Made by a program: the position numbers and the translations under genes. From assembly GCA_963712275.1 (NCBI GenBank), contig CAVQHD010000001.1, forward strand, positions 416,001-480,000: a stretch of DNA of 64,000 nt. The letters run 5' to 3'. The DNA is from an uncultured Rhabdochlamydiaceae bacterium (GTDB lineage Bacteria; Chlamydiota; Chlamydiia; Chlamydiales; Rhabdochlamydiaceae). Shown here one piece after another: positions 43,653-53,434 of the stretch. Position 1 is the stretch's first letter. The number at the start of each line of letters is the position of its first letter. The notes under the pieces are model-generated. The model was not told where the DNA came from. It ran no database searches and saw only the letters and a program-made list of their open reading frames with translations.

Positions 43653-45189
43653 TTTGTGCAAAGAACTTCAGATCCCATTTGAGCCCGATCTGCTAAGATA
43701 TTCATTTGTTCAGAAAGGCGTCCATCTGGTTCCTTACTCTTTTGCAAAAACAAGACGCCTTCTGCCTTTAACTGAAGAAGATGGGGTCGTCTCTGTCGCA
43801 GTTGCCGACCCTCTGAACCTCGAAGCTCTTGAAGAGCTAAGACTTTTACTAAAAAAGCCGCTTCGAGAAATCGGCACTTCAAAAGAAGCCCTCGATAGTG
43901 CAATCGAAGCCTGTTTTCATCAAAAAAATGATGCCGCCTCCTCCTTGATCGCACACCTCAAGGATCAATCGGACGCGGCAGAACTGCAATTTGAGGGGTA
44001 TGATCTTTTAGATCAAACAGCCGATTCCCCTGTTGTTCGTCTTCTCAATCTCATGATTACAGAAGCTATCCAACAAAGAGCCTCTGATATTCATTTTGAA
44101 CCCTCTTATCAAGGACTTTCGGTCCGATACCGTATCGATGGCGTCCTTCAACAAAGACACGAGCCCCCCAAAGAGCTGCAAGCAGCCCTCATTTCACGTA
44201 TTAAAGTCTTAGCAAAGCTCGATATCGCTGAGCAAAGGCTTCCTCAAGATGGACGCATTAAACTCCATTTTGGAGGACGTGAAATTGATTTTCGTGTGAG
44301 TACAATTCCGATTGTGGATGGAGAACGGGTTGTCCTGCGTATTTTAGATAAAAACAACATTATCTTAGGGCTTTCACAACTTGGAATGCCGACAGGCCTC
44401 TACAGCCGCTTTGAATCGCTGATTCACCTCACCGAGGGAATCATTCTTGTCACAGGACCTACTGGAAGTGGGAAAACGACCACACTCTATAGTGCAGTTT
44501 CCGATTTAAATTCTCCGAATATTAACATCATGACAATTGAAGATCCTGTCGAATACAAACTTCCTCGTATTGCCCAAGTCGGCGTCAATCCTAAAATTCA
44601 CCTCACCTTTCCTACAGGCCTGCGGCATATTCTTCGTCAAGATCCAGATCTGATCATGATCGGAGAGATCCGTGATAAAGAGACCGCCGAAATTGCAATT
44701 CAGGCCTCGCTGACAGGACACCTTGTTCTAAGCACGCTTCACACGAATGACGCTCCTTCTGCAATGACACGCCTTGTCGATATGGGAATCCCGCCCTACC
44801 TTCTCTCCTCTACTGTTGCAGGAGTCCTTGCTCAACGACTCGTACGTGCAAACTGTCCCCACTGCCTTGAACCCTACGACCCAACCCCCACAGAATACGA
44901 GCAGCTGGGGATCATTCCTGAAAAAAGAATTCCTTTTTATCGGTCGACAGGTTGCGCTCACTGTTTTGGAGTCGGGTATAAAGGACGGCTTGCCATTTAC
45001 GAGCTGATGGTTGTCTCTCAAGCAATCAAAGAGCAGCTCCTTATCAGTGCAGACAATACAAAACTTCGCTCTGTGGCAATTGAGCAGGGAATGATTCCTC
45101 TTTTGGCCTGCGGCGCAGCAGCCGTCCAAGCAGGCCTTACAACCTCTTCTGAAGTCCTCCGCGTCACACGGGGATACGAACAAGGATAG
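43642..45189 (+). CDS. gspE: Type II secretion ATPase GspE
   Basis: ASDIHFEP, RLPQDGR, GPTGSGKTTTLY, LRQDPD, CPHC..CAHC. Confidence 0.95.
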   Translation: MIVNLCKELQIPFEPDLLRYSFVQKGVHLVPYSFAKTRRLLPLTEEDGVVSVAVADPLNLEALEELRLLLKKPLREIGTSKEALDSAIEACFHQKNDAASSLIAHLKDQSDAAELQFEGYDLLDQTADSPVVRLLNLMITEAIQQRASDIHFEPSYQGLSVRYRIDGVLQQRHEPPKELQAALISRIKVLAKLDIAEQRLPQDGRIKLHFGGREIDFRVSTIPIVDGERVVLRILDKNNIILGLSQLGMPTGLYSRFESLIHLTEGIILVTGPTGSGKTTTLYSAVSDLNSPNINIMTIEDPVEYKLPRIAQVGVNPKIHLTFPTGLRHILRQDPDLIMIGEIRDKETAEIAIQASLTGHLVLSTLHTNDAPSAMTRLVDMGIPPYLLSSTVAGVLAQRLVRANCPHCLEPYDPTPTEYEQLGIIPEKRIPFYRSTGCAHCFGVGYKGRLAIYELMVVSQAIKEQLLISADNTKLRSVAIEQGMIPLLACGAAAVQAGLTTSSEVLRVTRGYEQG

Positions 45190-45192
45190 AAT

Positions 45193-46380
45193 ATGCCTCT
45201 TTTCCGTTTTCAGGCTCTTCTTGTAGGTGGACGTAAAACAAGTGGAGTGATCGAAGCCGACTCCCTTTCTGCAGCAAAAGAGCGGCTTCGGCTAGAGCAG
45301 ATGATTATCACCAACATCTCCCCCCACGATCAAACTAAAAAAAAGTGGTCGATCCCATTCATTCACTTCTTCGATATGACTCGAATGATGGGACAGCTTC
45401 TAAAAGCAGGAATCCCCCTCTATGAAGCGATGGTGATCATCGAAGAAAAATACCGAAAGATGCCGTTTCACCCCATTCTGATCGATTTGTGCGACCATGT
45501 TAAGAAGGGAGAGGCTCTTTCCGCAGCTCTATCCAGGCACTCAGCCATTTTTGATCCGATTTATGTCGCGACAGTCAAAGCAGGAGAGCAATCGGGCGCT
45601 CTAAAGGAAGCCTTCGAACATCTGGCGGCGCTTTTAGACGATCGAAATCGACTGAAGCAGCAGCTCTTTTCTGCTGCAGCCTATCCTCTTTTTCTAGCCG
45701 TTTTCTGCCTTATCGTGTTTCTCTCTCTCTTGACGTGGGTCATCCCCTCGCTCAAAAACCTTTTCGACGGTCGCGCCCTTCATCCTCTCTCTCAATTTGT
45801 CTTCAAGCTCAGCGACCTTTTTCTCGATCACGCCCTTTTGATTGCCATAGGATCGATCCTCTTCGCCCTTTTCCTATGCGTCACTCTTACACATCCCCGT
45901 TTAAGGCCGATATGGGACTTTCTGTTGATTAAACTTCCTTTAATCGGCCCTTTAACCCTACTTGCTGCAACTGTTCGATTATGCCGCACCTGCCATCTTC
46001 TCTTAGAAGGAAGCTCTCAGCTGCTCAAATCTCTAGAACTTGCCAGAGGCACCCTCAAAAACCAAATTCTTGAGCGCTCAGTCCTTCAAGTTGAAAAAGC
46101 GGTTTCAGAAGGGGCTCCGCTCAGCTTGCAAATTGAAAAAATAGGGTGGATGCCTCCCCTTGCCTCCCGCATGCTAGCCGTCGGCGAACAAACAGGACAA
46201 ATGGCTTCCATGTTCCATCACATTGCAGCGCTCTCCGAAGCCGAGCTCTCGCGCCTCCTTCGCCGTTACACCGCACTTCTTCAACCTCTTCTGCTGCTCC
46301 TACTGGGCCTTCTCATCGGGACCGTCGTCCTCTCTATTTTAATTCCCCTGACCGACGTCGGATCCATTCTCCAAGAGTGA
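45193..46380 (+). CDS. gspF: Type II secretion inner-membrane protein GspF
   Basis: LLKAGIPL, GEQSGAL, YP, GEQTGQM; three TM segments. Confidence 0.92.
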   Translation: MPLFRFQALLVGGRKTSGVIEADSLSAAKERLRLEQMIITNISPHDQTKKKWSIPFIHFFDMTRMMGQLLKAGIPLYEAMVIIEEKYRKMPFHPILIDLCDHVKKGEALSAALSRHSAIFDPIYVATVKAGEQSGALKEAFEHLAALLDDRNRLKQQLFSAAAYPLFLAVFCLIVFLSLLTWVIPSLKNLFDGRALHPLSQFVFKLSDLFLDHALLIAIGSILFALFLCVTLTHPRLRPIWDFLLIKLPLIGPLTLLAATVRLCRTCHLLLEGSSQLLKSLELARGTLKNQILERSVLQVEKAVSEGAPLSLQIEKIGWMPPLASRMLAVGEQTGQMASMFHHIAALSEAELSRLLRRYTALLQPLLLLLLGLLIGTVVLSILIPLTDVGSILQE

Positions 46381-46413
46381 TATTAATTCTTTCACCTGTT
46401 ATCATTTAGACGT

Positions 46414-46812
46414 ATGAAGAGAAAAAGGCATCCGATTACTCTTTTAGAAATCATGATTGTGATCCTTCTGATTGGTTTAATTGGAGGGGTTGTCAGCTAT
46501 AACCTCAAAGGAACCTTAGACCGCGGGAAAAAGTTCCGTTCAGAAGAAGGCATAAGCCGACTGCAAAACATTCTAAATCTAGAAATTGCTCAAGGAGCTG
46601 TTACTGTCGATCAATTAACAGGAGCAGACAACCTTAAAGCTGTGAGAGATTGCGTCGAAAACTCTGGCTTTATCCCCAAAAAAGATCTCGATCATTTTCT
46701 CAAGGATGGATGGAACGAGCCTTATCTCATTACAAAAGATCCTGAATCTGCTCAGGAGGTCAAAGTCAGTAGCCCTCGCCTTGACCAGTATAATGCCAGC
46801 AAGAATTCTTAG
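46414..46812 (+). CDS. Pseudopilin GspG-like
   Basis: Basic leader then ITLLEIMIVILLIGLIGG; KDGWNEPY motif. Confidence 0.85.
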   Translation: MKRKRHPITLLEIMIVILLIGLIGGVVSYNLKGTLDRGKKFRSEEGISRLQNILNLEIAQGAVTVDQLTGADNLKAVRDCVENSGFIPKKDLDHFLKDGWNEPYLITKDPESAQEVKVSSPRLDQYNASKNS

Positions 46813-46900
46813 GCGGTGTTTTTCAAAAAATAACTTTTAAAAAACTATTCTCCTATGAAAACTTGAAAATAAAATATCATAAGATTGACATTTGTCGATC

Positions 46901-48106
46901 TTATGATGTAAGATCGGCTCTTAATTTTACATCATAAGTTGGAACAAGATCTTCTAAGAAGGCACTAATTAACTGCGCTATTTTGCGATGCTCTTGTCTT
47001 ACAGCTTCATTCCGAGCTTGCTCCAGCTGTTCACGAGGTATGCGGGTTGCATTTAGATGAAGGAAGATATATTTAATGGCAATGGAATGCCCACATGCTG
47101 CAGCATTAAAAAGCGCTCTATCAAGCCCTCCGCTTCTGTTATTTGGTGCACTTGCTACAATGTGGGCGCTTCCAGGAAAATTCCAGATGAGCGGAACCAG
47201 TAACTCGCTTTTTGCAGCCGCATCCGTTAAAGCCCTTGCAAGCCCAAAAGGGCCATGAATGTCTAAGTCGATTTCTTTCATCATTGCAAAATGTAAAATT
47301 GCTTGAATAATTAAGCACTGATTTTGAGCATCTCTGTATTTTATTAATTGAAAATCCTTGCTATTGACTATTGCAAAAACAGCTTCTGTCAATCCAACTC
47401 TAGTTAGCTGCAAGCCTATTTCACTCCTTGTCAATTCCCTTTCTTGAGTAATTGGTTGAGAACTCATCAAAGGCGCTTTTGGATGAGCTAAAACCGCCTT
47501 TACCATAAAAACATTTTCTGAATGAGCTGCATTCACAAGAACTCTACCAAGTCCATACCGGCCATTAGGTTGGATAAGGTGAGAAATTCTAACATCGAGT
47601 AGGGCTGAAACAAGAGCCTTATCTCCTTCGTGAAAACACTTTTTACTTTGAGCCACCTTGATTAGAAGAAATTTTCCAAGAGAGCAAGAAAGGTCTGTAT
47701 CCAGCTCAATCTGCGGCGCGCAAGGGTGGTTGATGATGAGCTTTAGGCAGCTTAGGTTAGAACCCTGACCCTTAAAATACTCCTTAAATAAATTGTCGAC
47801 GCATTTGGCCAATATATGACCAAGCCCCCATTGCCCATTAGGAGGAATCATTTGAGTACTTCGGAGAGCAAAGATTTGAACGAAATAGTCGCTAAAAGAT
47901 TTTTCAATGGAAAGGACAAGCGCCTGACCTACCCCTTCCGAAGAAATCTGGCGCACCTCAGGTGATGCGAGAATAGACTGAACCAATTTGTGATCTTCAG
48001 CTTCAAGCGCCTGCATGAGCGTCATATGATTAGGCAGCGGCGATAAACCCATTTGGGGACGGGTTGAGTGGTTAATTGTCAAATGTGTCATCTTGTTTTC
48101 ACACAA
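46901..48106 (-). CDS. Degenerate ankyrin-like repeat protein (candidate effector)
   Basis: Repeats of I.PNG.(W/Y)GLG..L..AA...V..IL.HP; opposite strand to the gsp cluster. Confidence 0.65.
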   Translation of the reverse strand: MCENKMTHLTINHSTRPQMGLSPLPNHMTLMQALEAEDHKLVQSILASPEVRQISSEGVGQALVLSIEKSFSDYFVQIFALRSTQMIPPNGQWGLGHILAKCVDNLFKEYFKGQGSNLSCLKLIINHPCAPQIELDTDLSCSLGKFLLIKVAQSKKCFHEGDKALVSALLDVRISHLIQPNGRYGLGRVLVNAAHSENVFMVKAVLAHPKAPLMSSQPITQERELTRSEIGLQLTRVGLTEAVFAIVNSKDFQLIKYRDAQNQCLIIQAILHFAMMKEIDLDIHGPFGLARALTDAAAKSELLVPLIWNFPGSAHIVASAPNNRSGGLDRALFNAAACGHSIAIKYIFLHLNATRIPREQLEQARNEAVRQEHRKIAQLISAFLEDLVPTYDVKLRADLTS

Positions 48107-48207
48107 TAAAAGGCATATGCAATTTGCCTATTGTTCTTGTTGTCCAGTTATGATAAAACTCAAGCCTCTAAGTAAATATTGTAGGGTCTAAACTGTCAAT
48201 ATCTAAG

Positions 48208-48687
48208 TTGTACAAACACTTCTCTCTGATGGAAATCGTCGTTGTTCTTCTGCTGGTTTCTTTAATTGGTGGAGTTACGACTTTTTCCGTTAAACCGCTT
48301 TACCAAATGTACCGTTTTCGGATGGAGGTTGAAGCTCTTTATGATCTCATGCAAGAGCTTCAGCTTGAAGCTCTCACTCTTCAATCAGACATGAAAATTG
48401 TCGTTCGCCGGCAAAAGGGGAAATGGGTTGCCCAGAGCTTTACCGATGAACCGATCTTAAAAAGTCAACTGGTGCTTCTTTCTCATGTCGATCAGATTTC
48501 TTGTCGAGATGAGCCGCTGACAATTACCCTTTATTCGAATGGCCTTATCCAACCAGCGATGGCACTGAAGCTTTCCCATGATAGCCAGCACCGATGGCTT
48601 GACTTCCGATACCCTCCTCTGATTAAATTCTGTGAGAAAGCCCCGCAAACTAAGGATAGCTATGCAACTGAGAAGCCCAGCTTTTAA
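48208..48687 (+). CDS. Minor pseudopilin (GspH-like)
   Basis: KHFSLMEIVVVLLLVSLIGG prepilin-type N-terminus; TTG start. Confidence 0.7.
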   Translation: MYKHFSLMEIVVVLLLVSLIGGVTTFSVKPLYQMYRFRMEVEALYDLMQELQLEALTLQSDMKIVVRRQKGKWVAQSFTDEPILKSQLVLLSHVDQISCRDEPLTITLYSNGLIQPAMALKLSHDSQHRWLDFRYPPLIKFCEKAPQTKDSYATEKPSF

Positions 48688-49132
48688 ACCGTCTACCATG
48701 ATTCCTGAAAAATATACGTGCGAGGGAAAAGACGTGAATCCTCCTCTTGAATGGAGCGATGTCCCTCATCAAACGGTTTCTCTTGTTTTGATCATGGACG
48801 ACCCTGACGTCCCTGCATTTGTGAGAAAAGACCAGATGTATGTCCATTGGGTGATCTATAACATCCCTCCGGAAACCCGTCTTTTAAAAGAAAACTCTAG
48901 ACCTCCAGGAACTCAAGGCCAAGGAACAAAGGGGATAGCGCGATACCAAGGTCCTTGCCCTCCTGACCGAGAACATCGGTACTTTTTTAAACTCTATGCC
49001 TTGGATTGCTTGCTCAAATTAGAACCTGAGGCGACTAAAGAACAGGTGGAGCTGTCCATGGAAGGGCATGTGATTGCAAAGGCCGAGCTCATCGGACTTT
49101 ATTGCCGTAAGAATCTTAGAACCAGCGTGTAA
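48662..49132 (+). CDS. YbhB/YbcL (PEBP family) protein
   Basis: IPEKYTCEG, MDDPD, VHWVIYNIP, YQGPCPP..HRYFFKLYALD. Confidence 0.93.
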   Translation: MQLRSPAFKPSTMIPEKYTCEGKDVNPPLEWSDVPHQTVSLVLIMDDPDVPAFVRKDQMYVHWVIYNIPPETRLLKENSRPPGTQGQGTKGIARYQGPCPPDREHRYFFKLYALDCLLKLEPEATKEQVELSMEGHVIAKAELIGLYCRKNLRTSV

Positions 49133-49282
49133 CGTCTCCTATATTCTCTTTAAATTAACGAATCATAATAAAAATTAAAATAATTTTTTTACTATCTATA
49201 TTGACAAATAATTTCTTTAATCCTTATCTTACGATTTAGATTAGGGTGTCAATCCTAACCCGTTTAGCTAAGGAGGAAAGGA

Positions 49283-49663
49283 ATGCAAAACGCAGCAATG
49301 TGGTTAGCGAGTATTTTAGGTCCATTCATGACAATTATAGGACTTTGGATGCTGCTTTACTACGATCAATTAATAAAAGTGCTTAGTGGGATTAAAAACT
49401 CACCTGCATTGTTTTATTTGAGTTCAGTTTATAATCTTTTAATTGGCTTTACAATTCTTAGCCAATATGATCTTTGGGGATGGAATGCTTTAGTCCTCGT
49501 AACACTGCTTGGATGGGCAATGGTTGTCCGGGGTGTGATGGGTCTTTTTGTTCCCCAATTGCTCATGGATTTTTTCATGGGAAAACCACAATTTACCAAG
49601 ATCATGGGAATTATCCCCCTCATTTGGGGTCTCTTTCTCTCTTGGGTCGGGTTTTTCAGATAA
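49283..49663 (+). CDS. Four-TM membrane protein
   Basis: AAGGAGG RBS, four hydrophobic segments, VTLLGW motif. Confidence 0.8.
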   Translation: MQNAAMWLASILGPFMTIIGLWMLLYYDQLIKVLSGIKNSPALFYLSSVYNLLIGFTILSQYDLWGWNALVLVTLLGWAMVVRGVMGLFVPQLLMDFFMGKPQFTKIMGIIPLIWGLFLSWVGFFR

Positions 49664-49687
49664 TCTAAAGTATCATCATCTTTAACA

Positions 49688-49723
49688 AGAGCCTGGAATC
49701 ATCGCCAGGCTCTCTTTTCTTTT
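49688..49723 (+). terminator. Intrinsic terminator
   Basis: AGAGCCTGG-N8-CCAGGCTCT-CTTTTCTTTT. Confidence 0.8.
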
Positions 49724-49771
49724 ACATCTTAATGTCGTATACTTTCCTTAGGTAGAAAAAAGAGAGGATGT

Positions 49772-52348
49772 ATGCGAAAAATACCATGGCTAATTATCAG
49801 TGCAATCTGGCTTATAGCGGCAGGTCCCGGTGCTGAACAAATCCCTCTTCCAAGGGCTCTAGAGCCTCATTGGCAGGAAAAAATTGTCGAACGGCATCCT
49901 ACAGGCCACCTCTCTCAAGTTATTTTCTATGAAAAGTTGGGAGATGGGCAGCCCACTGCTGTTAAAGTTCATAAATACCATTCGACCAATGGACGACTGT
50001 ATCAAGATATCGATGTGATTGTTCAAAAAGATACGGAAGGGCAGGAGCAAATTTTGCCGCACGGCGCTGAAATGATGTGGGATGATGGCGGCCATGTTCA
50101 GCATGTCGCTTTTTACAAGCAAGGGAAACTCGATGGAGAATTCCGCCTATTTTACCCATCGGGGCAGGTCAAATTAACCACTCGCTTTAAAGAAGGAAAA
50201 AGAGAAGGGCATACTCTTGCTTACTTTGAAGATGGGGCGGTTTCAGAAGAGGTTCACTTTGTCGATGATAAACCTCAAGGAGAAGTAATTCGGTACTACC
50301 CTAAAGGGGGCAGAGCAGCTGTCATTCCTTATCAAGAAGGAATCCCTCAAGGAACAGCCATGGAGTGGAATGAAAACGGATCGCTTAAAATCTCAAGGCA
50401 TTTCGACAAAGGAGTTTTAAACTCGGATGGTAAAAATCCAGCTGTTGTGATCTATGGAGAAGGGCATGCACTCGAAGAAGTGCAAGATTATCGCATGGGA
50501 GAGCCCTTTGGAACACATGTGAAATACCACCCCAATGGAAAAGAGGCGTATAAAATAAGCTTCAAAAACGGCAAAAAAGAAGGAAAAGAGCAATTTTTTT
50601 CTACCGAAGGGAAACTTCTGGGCGAGGGAGAATATAAAAATGGACTAGCGATTGGGAAGCATTGGAGAAACCATCCCAATGGCACATCTTCTTTTCTTGC
50701 TCTTTTCAATGAAGAAGGAGAACTCCAGAAACCGATTCAAGAATGGAACGAACAAGGGCAAAAAATTGCCCAATACACTCTAAAAGAAGGGAAGTTGGAT
50801 GGGCTCTTTCAACAATGGCATGACAATGGGCGCCTTAAAACCGAATCGACTTATGCAATGGGTGAATTTGAAGGGCCTCAAAAAGAGTATTACCCCTCTG
50901 GAACACTTAAAACAGAGGCTCACTATAAAGACCAGAAGCGTGATGGAATTTATCAAGAGTGGTTCGAAAATAAAACCCCTTCTGTCAAAGCACATTTTAA
51001 GGAAGGTTTTAAAGAAGGCGCTGCCGCTGCTTGGCATGAGAATGGTCAAAAAAAACTGGAGGAATTCTGGGTCAATGATGAGTTAGACCGCCTCCATCAG
51101 GAATGGGATGAAAACGGCATCCTACGGATTGAACAACACTTTGATCGCGGAAAAAAAGAAGGAGCTCATCGGCAGTGGAATGAAAAAGGGGAGCTGATTA
51201 CCGAAATCAATTACTCCCAAGATGAGCCCCATGGGGCCGTGTCGATGTGGTTTGAAAAAGATCGGCCTCGCCACCTCACACATTTTAAGCATGGGAAAAA
51301 AGATGGGACAGAAGAGGAGTTTTATGCCTCAAAAAAACTCAAATCCAAAGCCCGTTATAAAGAGGGGATGCTCGATGGCGATGTCGAGGTCTATTTTGAA
51401 ACAGGAGACCTTCAACTAAGTCAACATTACCGAAATGGCATTCCCATTGGAGAACATCGAGAATACCATCCTGCAGAAAAAGAGGGACAGCCGGGGCTCC
51501 TTGCCTCTATCTCGCGTTATGATCAGGAAGGAAGGCTTCAAGGAAAATCTGAAAAATTTTATCCCAATGGGAAAATACACTCGAGCAGAAACTATAAAGA
51601 TGGACAGCTCCAGGGGATGAGCGGCAGCTGGGATCCTGAGGGAAATCTGATTGCCGAAGCTTGGTACGACAAAGGGCAGATGTGCGGTAAACAGTTTCAA
51701 CAGCTTCCCGATGGAAGGACTGTTGTCTTCCATTATGAGAAAAATATCCGGGAAGGGGTTCACCAAATTTTTTATCCCCCAAGCAAGACCCAAGAGCGTG
51801 TCAAAGCGTTCGAAGTTGTCTTTGCAGGTGGGAAAGCTGAAGGAGATGCGATTGAATATGATTCTTATGGGAGACGCACCTCTCTGACCCCCTTTAAAGC
51901 AGGATTAAAAGAAGGAATCTTTCAAGCTTTTGACGCAAAAGGAGCTGTTTTGGCAAAGGTCTCTTTTCTTCAAGATCTTCGAGAAGGGACTGCCATCGAA
52001 TACTATCCTAACGGGCAAGTGCTCTCAGAAGTTCTTTATAGCGCCGATCAAAAACAAGGGGAAGAGAAGGGGTACTTCGATAATGGCAAACTTGCCCACC
52101 GCTCCTTCTATAAAGATGGTAAGCTTCACGGCCTTTCCCAACGTTGGAACGAGCAGGGAACTCTGGTTTTTGAAGGGGAGTATCAAGAAGGGCTGCGGCA
52201 TGGCAAGTTGAATAAATATGACGACGCGGGCAAACCGACTGTCCTTCAAACGTTTGTGAATGATAAGCTCCACGGGATTAAAAAATCTTATGATAAAGGC
52301 GTCTGCACAGAAACCAGGTGGGATCACGGAACAAAGATAAATCGGTAG
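49772..52348 (+). CDS. Secreted MORN-variant (YwqK-like) repeat protein
   Basis: Signal peptide and roughly 30 repeats of Y..GK..G....(Y/W)..NG. Confidence 0.88.
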   Translation: MRKIPWLIISAIWLIAAGPGAEQIPLPRALEPHWQEKIVERHPTGHLSQVIFYEKLGDGQPTAVKVHKYHSTNGRLYQDIDVIVQKDTEGQEQILPHGAEMMWDDGGHVQHVAFYKQGKLDGEFRLFYPSGQVKLTTRFKEGKREGHTLAYFEDGAVSEEVHFVDDKPQGEVIRYYPKGGRAAVIPYQEGIPQGTAMEWNENGSLKISRHFDKGVLNSDGKNPAVVIYGEGHALEEVQDYRMGEPFGTHVKYHPNGKEAYKISFKNGKKEGKEQFFSTEGKLLGEGEYKNGLAIGKHWRNHPNGTSSFLALFNEEGELQKPIQEWNEQGQKIAQYTLKEGKLDGLFQQWHDNGRLKTESTYAMGEFEGPQKEYYPSGTLKTEAHYKDQKRDGIYQEWFENKTPSVKAHFKEGFKEGAAAAWHENGQKKLEEFWVNDELDRLHQEWDENGILRIEQHFDRGKKEGAHRQWNEKGELITEINYSQDEPHGAVSMWFEKDRPRHLTHFKHGKKDGTEEEFYASKKLKSKARYKEGMLDGDVEVYFETGDLQLSQHYRNGIPIGEHREYHPAEKEGQPGLLASISRYDQEGRLQGKSEKFYPNGKIHSSRNYKDGQLQGMSGSWDPEGNLIAEAWYDKGQMCGKQFQQLPDGRTVVFHYEKNIREGVHQIFYPPSKTQERVKAFEVVFAGGKAEGDAIEYDSYGRRTSLTPFKAGLKEGIFQAFDAKGAVLAKVSFLQDLREGTAIEYYPNGQVLSEVLYSADQKQGEEKGYFDNGKLAHRSFYKDGKLHGLSQRWNEQGTLVFEGEYQEGLRHGKLNKYDDAGKPTVLQTFVNDKLHGIKKSYDKGVCTETRWDHGTKINR

Positions 52349-52418
52349 TTTTAATTTTAATAATTGACGTAAATGATAGAAGCCAATTATAATTTTCTTC
52401 AAAACTTAAGGAGTAATT

Positions 52419-52880
52419 ATGTCAGTATTAGATTGTGCATTTAGACCACTCGAAACATGGAATACAATTAAAGAGTTGTTAAATCGCCATTTTGAAGGAT
52501 CTCAGCTAACCCAGTCCGAAGGGGCTTCTCTCATGATGAACGCTCATAAAATGGTTCCTGTCGTCGATCGGATGCTTGAGCAGCTCCCAGCAACAAAAGA
52601 ATTTGTTAACGATACATTCTGGTTTCTCAATCGACAAACGACGATTTTAGCCGGACTTTCAGTCACTTTATTAGGCGGGTTTCTTCTCTTTGCAGCAGGA
52701 GACTATCAAGACGCTCAAGAGCCTAAAAAAGCGCCTAAAGCAGGGCTGCTTAAATTCATTGGAGCCGCACTCACTATTTGCTCTATTGCAGGCGTGGCGC
52801 TCTGTGCAACATCTCAATCAAATTTTTTAACACAAATGTATCAGAATCCTCTCGTTCAAAAGCCAATCATACTCCTCTAA
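52419..52880 (+). CDS. Hypothetical membrane protein (Inc-like candidate)
   Basis: AAGGAG RBS; two hydrophobic segments in the C-terminal half. Confidence 0.6.
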   Translation: MSVLDCAFRPLETWNTIKELLNRHFEGSQLTQSEGASLMMNAHKMVPVVDRMLEQLPATKEFVNDTFWFLNRQTTILAGLSVTLLGGFLLFAAGDYQDAQEPKKAPKAGLLKFIGAALTICSIAGVALCATSQSNFLTQMYQNPLVQKPIILL

Positions 52881-53434
52881 CTGTTGTATAAGTGAAGTAT
52901 CGAGTCCCCATATCGACGTGGGGGCTGGGCTTTAAGAGATGTCAGGAAAGGGTTTTGCTCTAGAGGAGACGGGTAAGGCGCTTCTACAAGTAGAACCCCG
53001 CCCTGCCTTAAGAGAGTATGCTGATCAATCCACTCAATCAACTCTAGATAAACTGGCAGTCTATGATAAGGAGGGTCGACGTAGATGATATCACTCTCAA
53101 GATCTCTCTGCTTTTGCAGCGCTTTCATCACATCGCTTTGAATCACGGCCCCATAAGCTGTCAGGTTTAGAAGGGTTAAATTTGCTTGAATGCATCGAAT
53201 CGATTGGGGGTGGCTATCGATAAAAATGGCTCGTTTAGCCCCTCGGCTCAGCGCTTCAATCCCCATCGCTCCGCTTCCTGCGAAAAGATCGAGGAAGACA
53301 GCTTCTTGAATATTGGGCTTTAAAATGTCGAAGACGGCTTTCCGAAGCAGAGACTTTGTCGGGCGTGTTTGATCCCCTTTGGGCGCTTTTAAAAGACGTC
53401 CGCGAAATTCACCGCCGAGAATTTTGAGTGTCAT
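52877..53434 (-). CDS. rsmD: 16S rRNA m2G966 methyltransferase
   Basis: LKILGGEFRGR, TRPT, LDLFAGSGAMGIEALSRGA, VDPPY; ATG at 53434. Confidence 0.93.
   Translation of the reverse strand: MTLKILGGEFRGRLLKAPKGDQTRPTKSLLRKAVFDILKPNIQEAVFLDLFAGSGAMGIEALSRGAKRAIFIDSHPQSIRCIQANLTLLNLTAYGAVIQSDVMKALQKQRDLESDIIYVDPPYHRLPVYLELIEWIDQHTLLRQGGVLLVEAPYPSPLEQNPFLTSLKAQPPRRYGDSILHLYNS

Noticed and set aside
46880..48206. Weak inverted similarity (AGATTGACATTT vs AGATATTGACAGTTT) flanking the ankyrin-like gene
   Set aside because: Too short and AT-rich, no TSD; could be -35 boxes or chance
49772..52348. YwqK-like protein as a toxin-antitoxin antitoxin
   Set aside because: Long secreted MORN-variant repeat protein with no adjacent toxin; the label reflects only the repeat family
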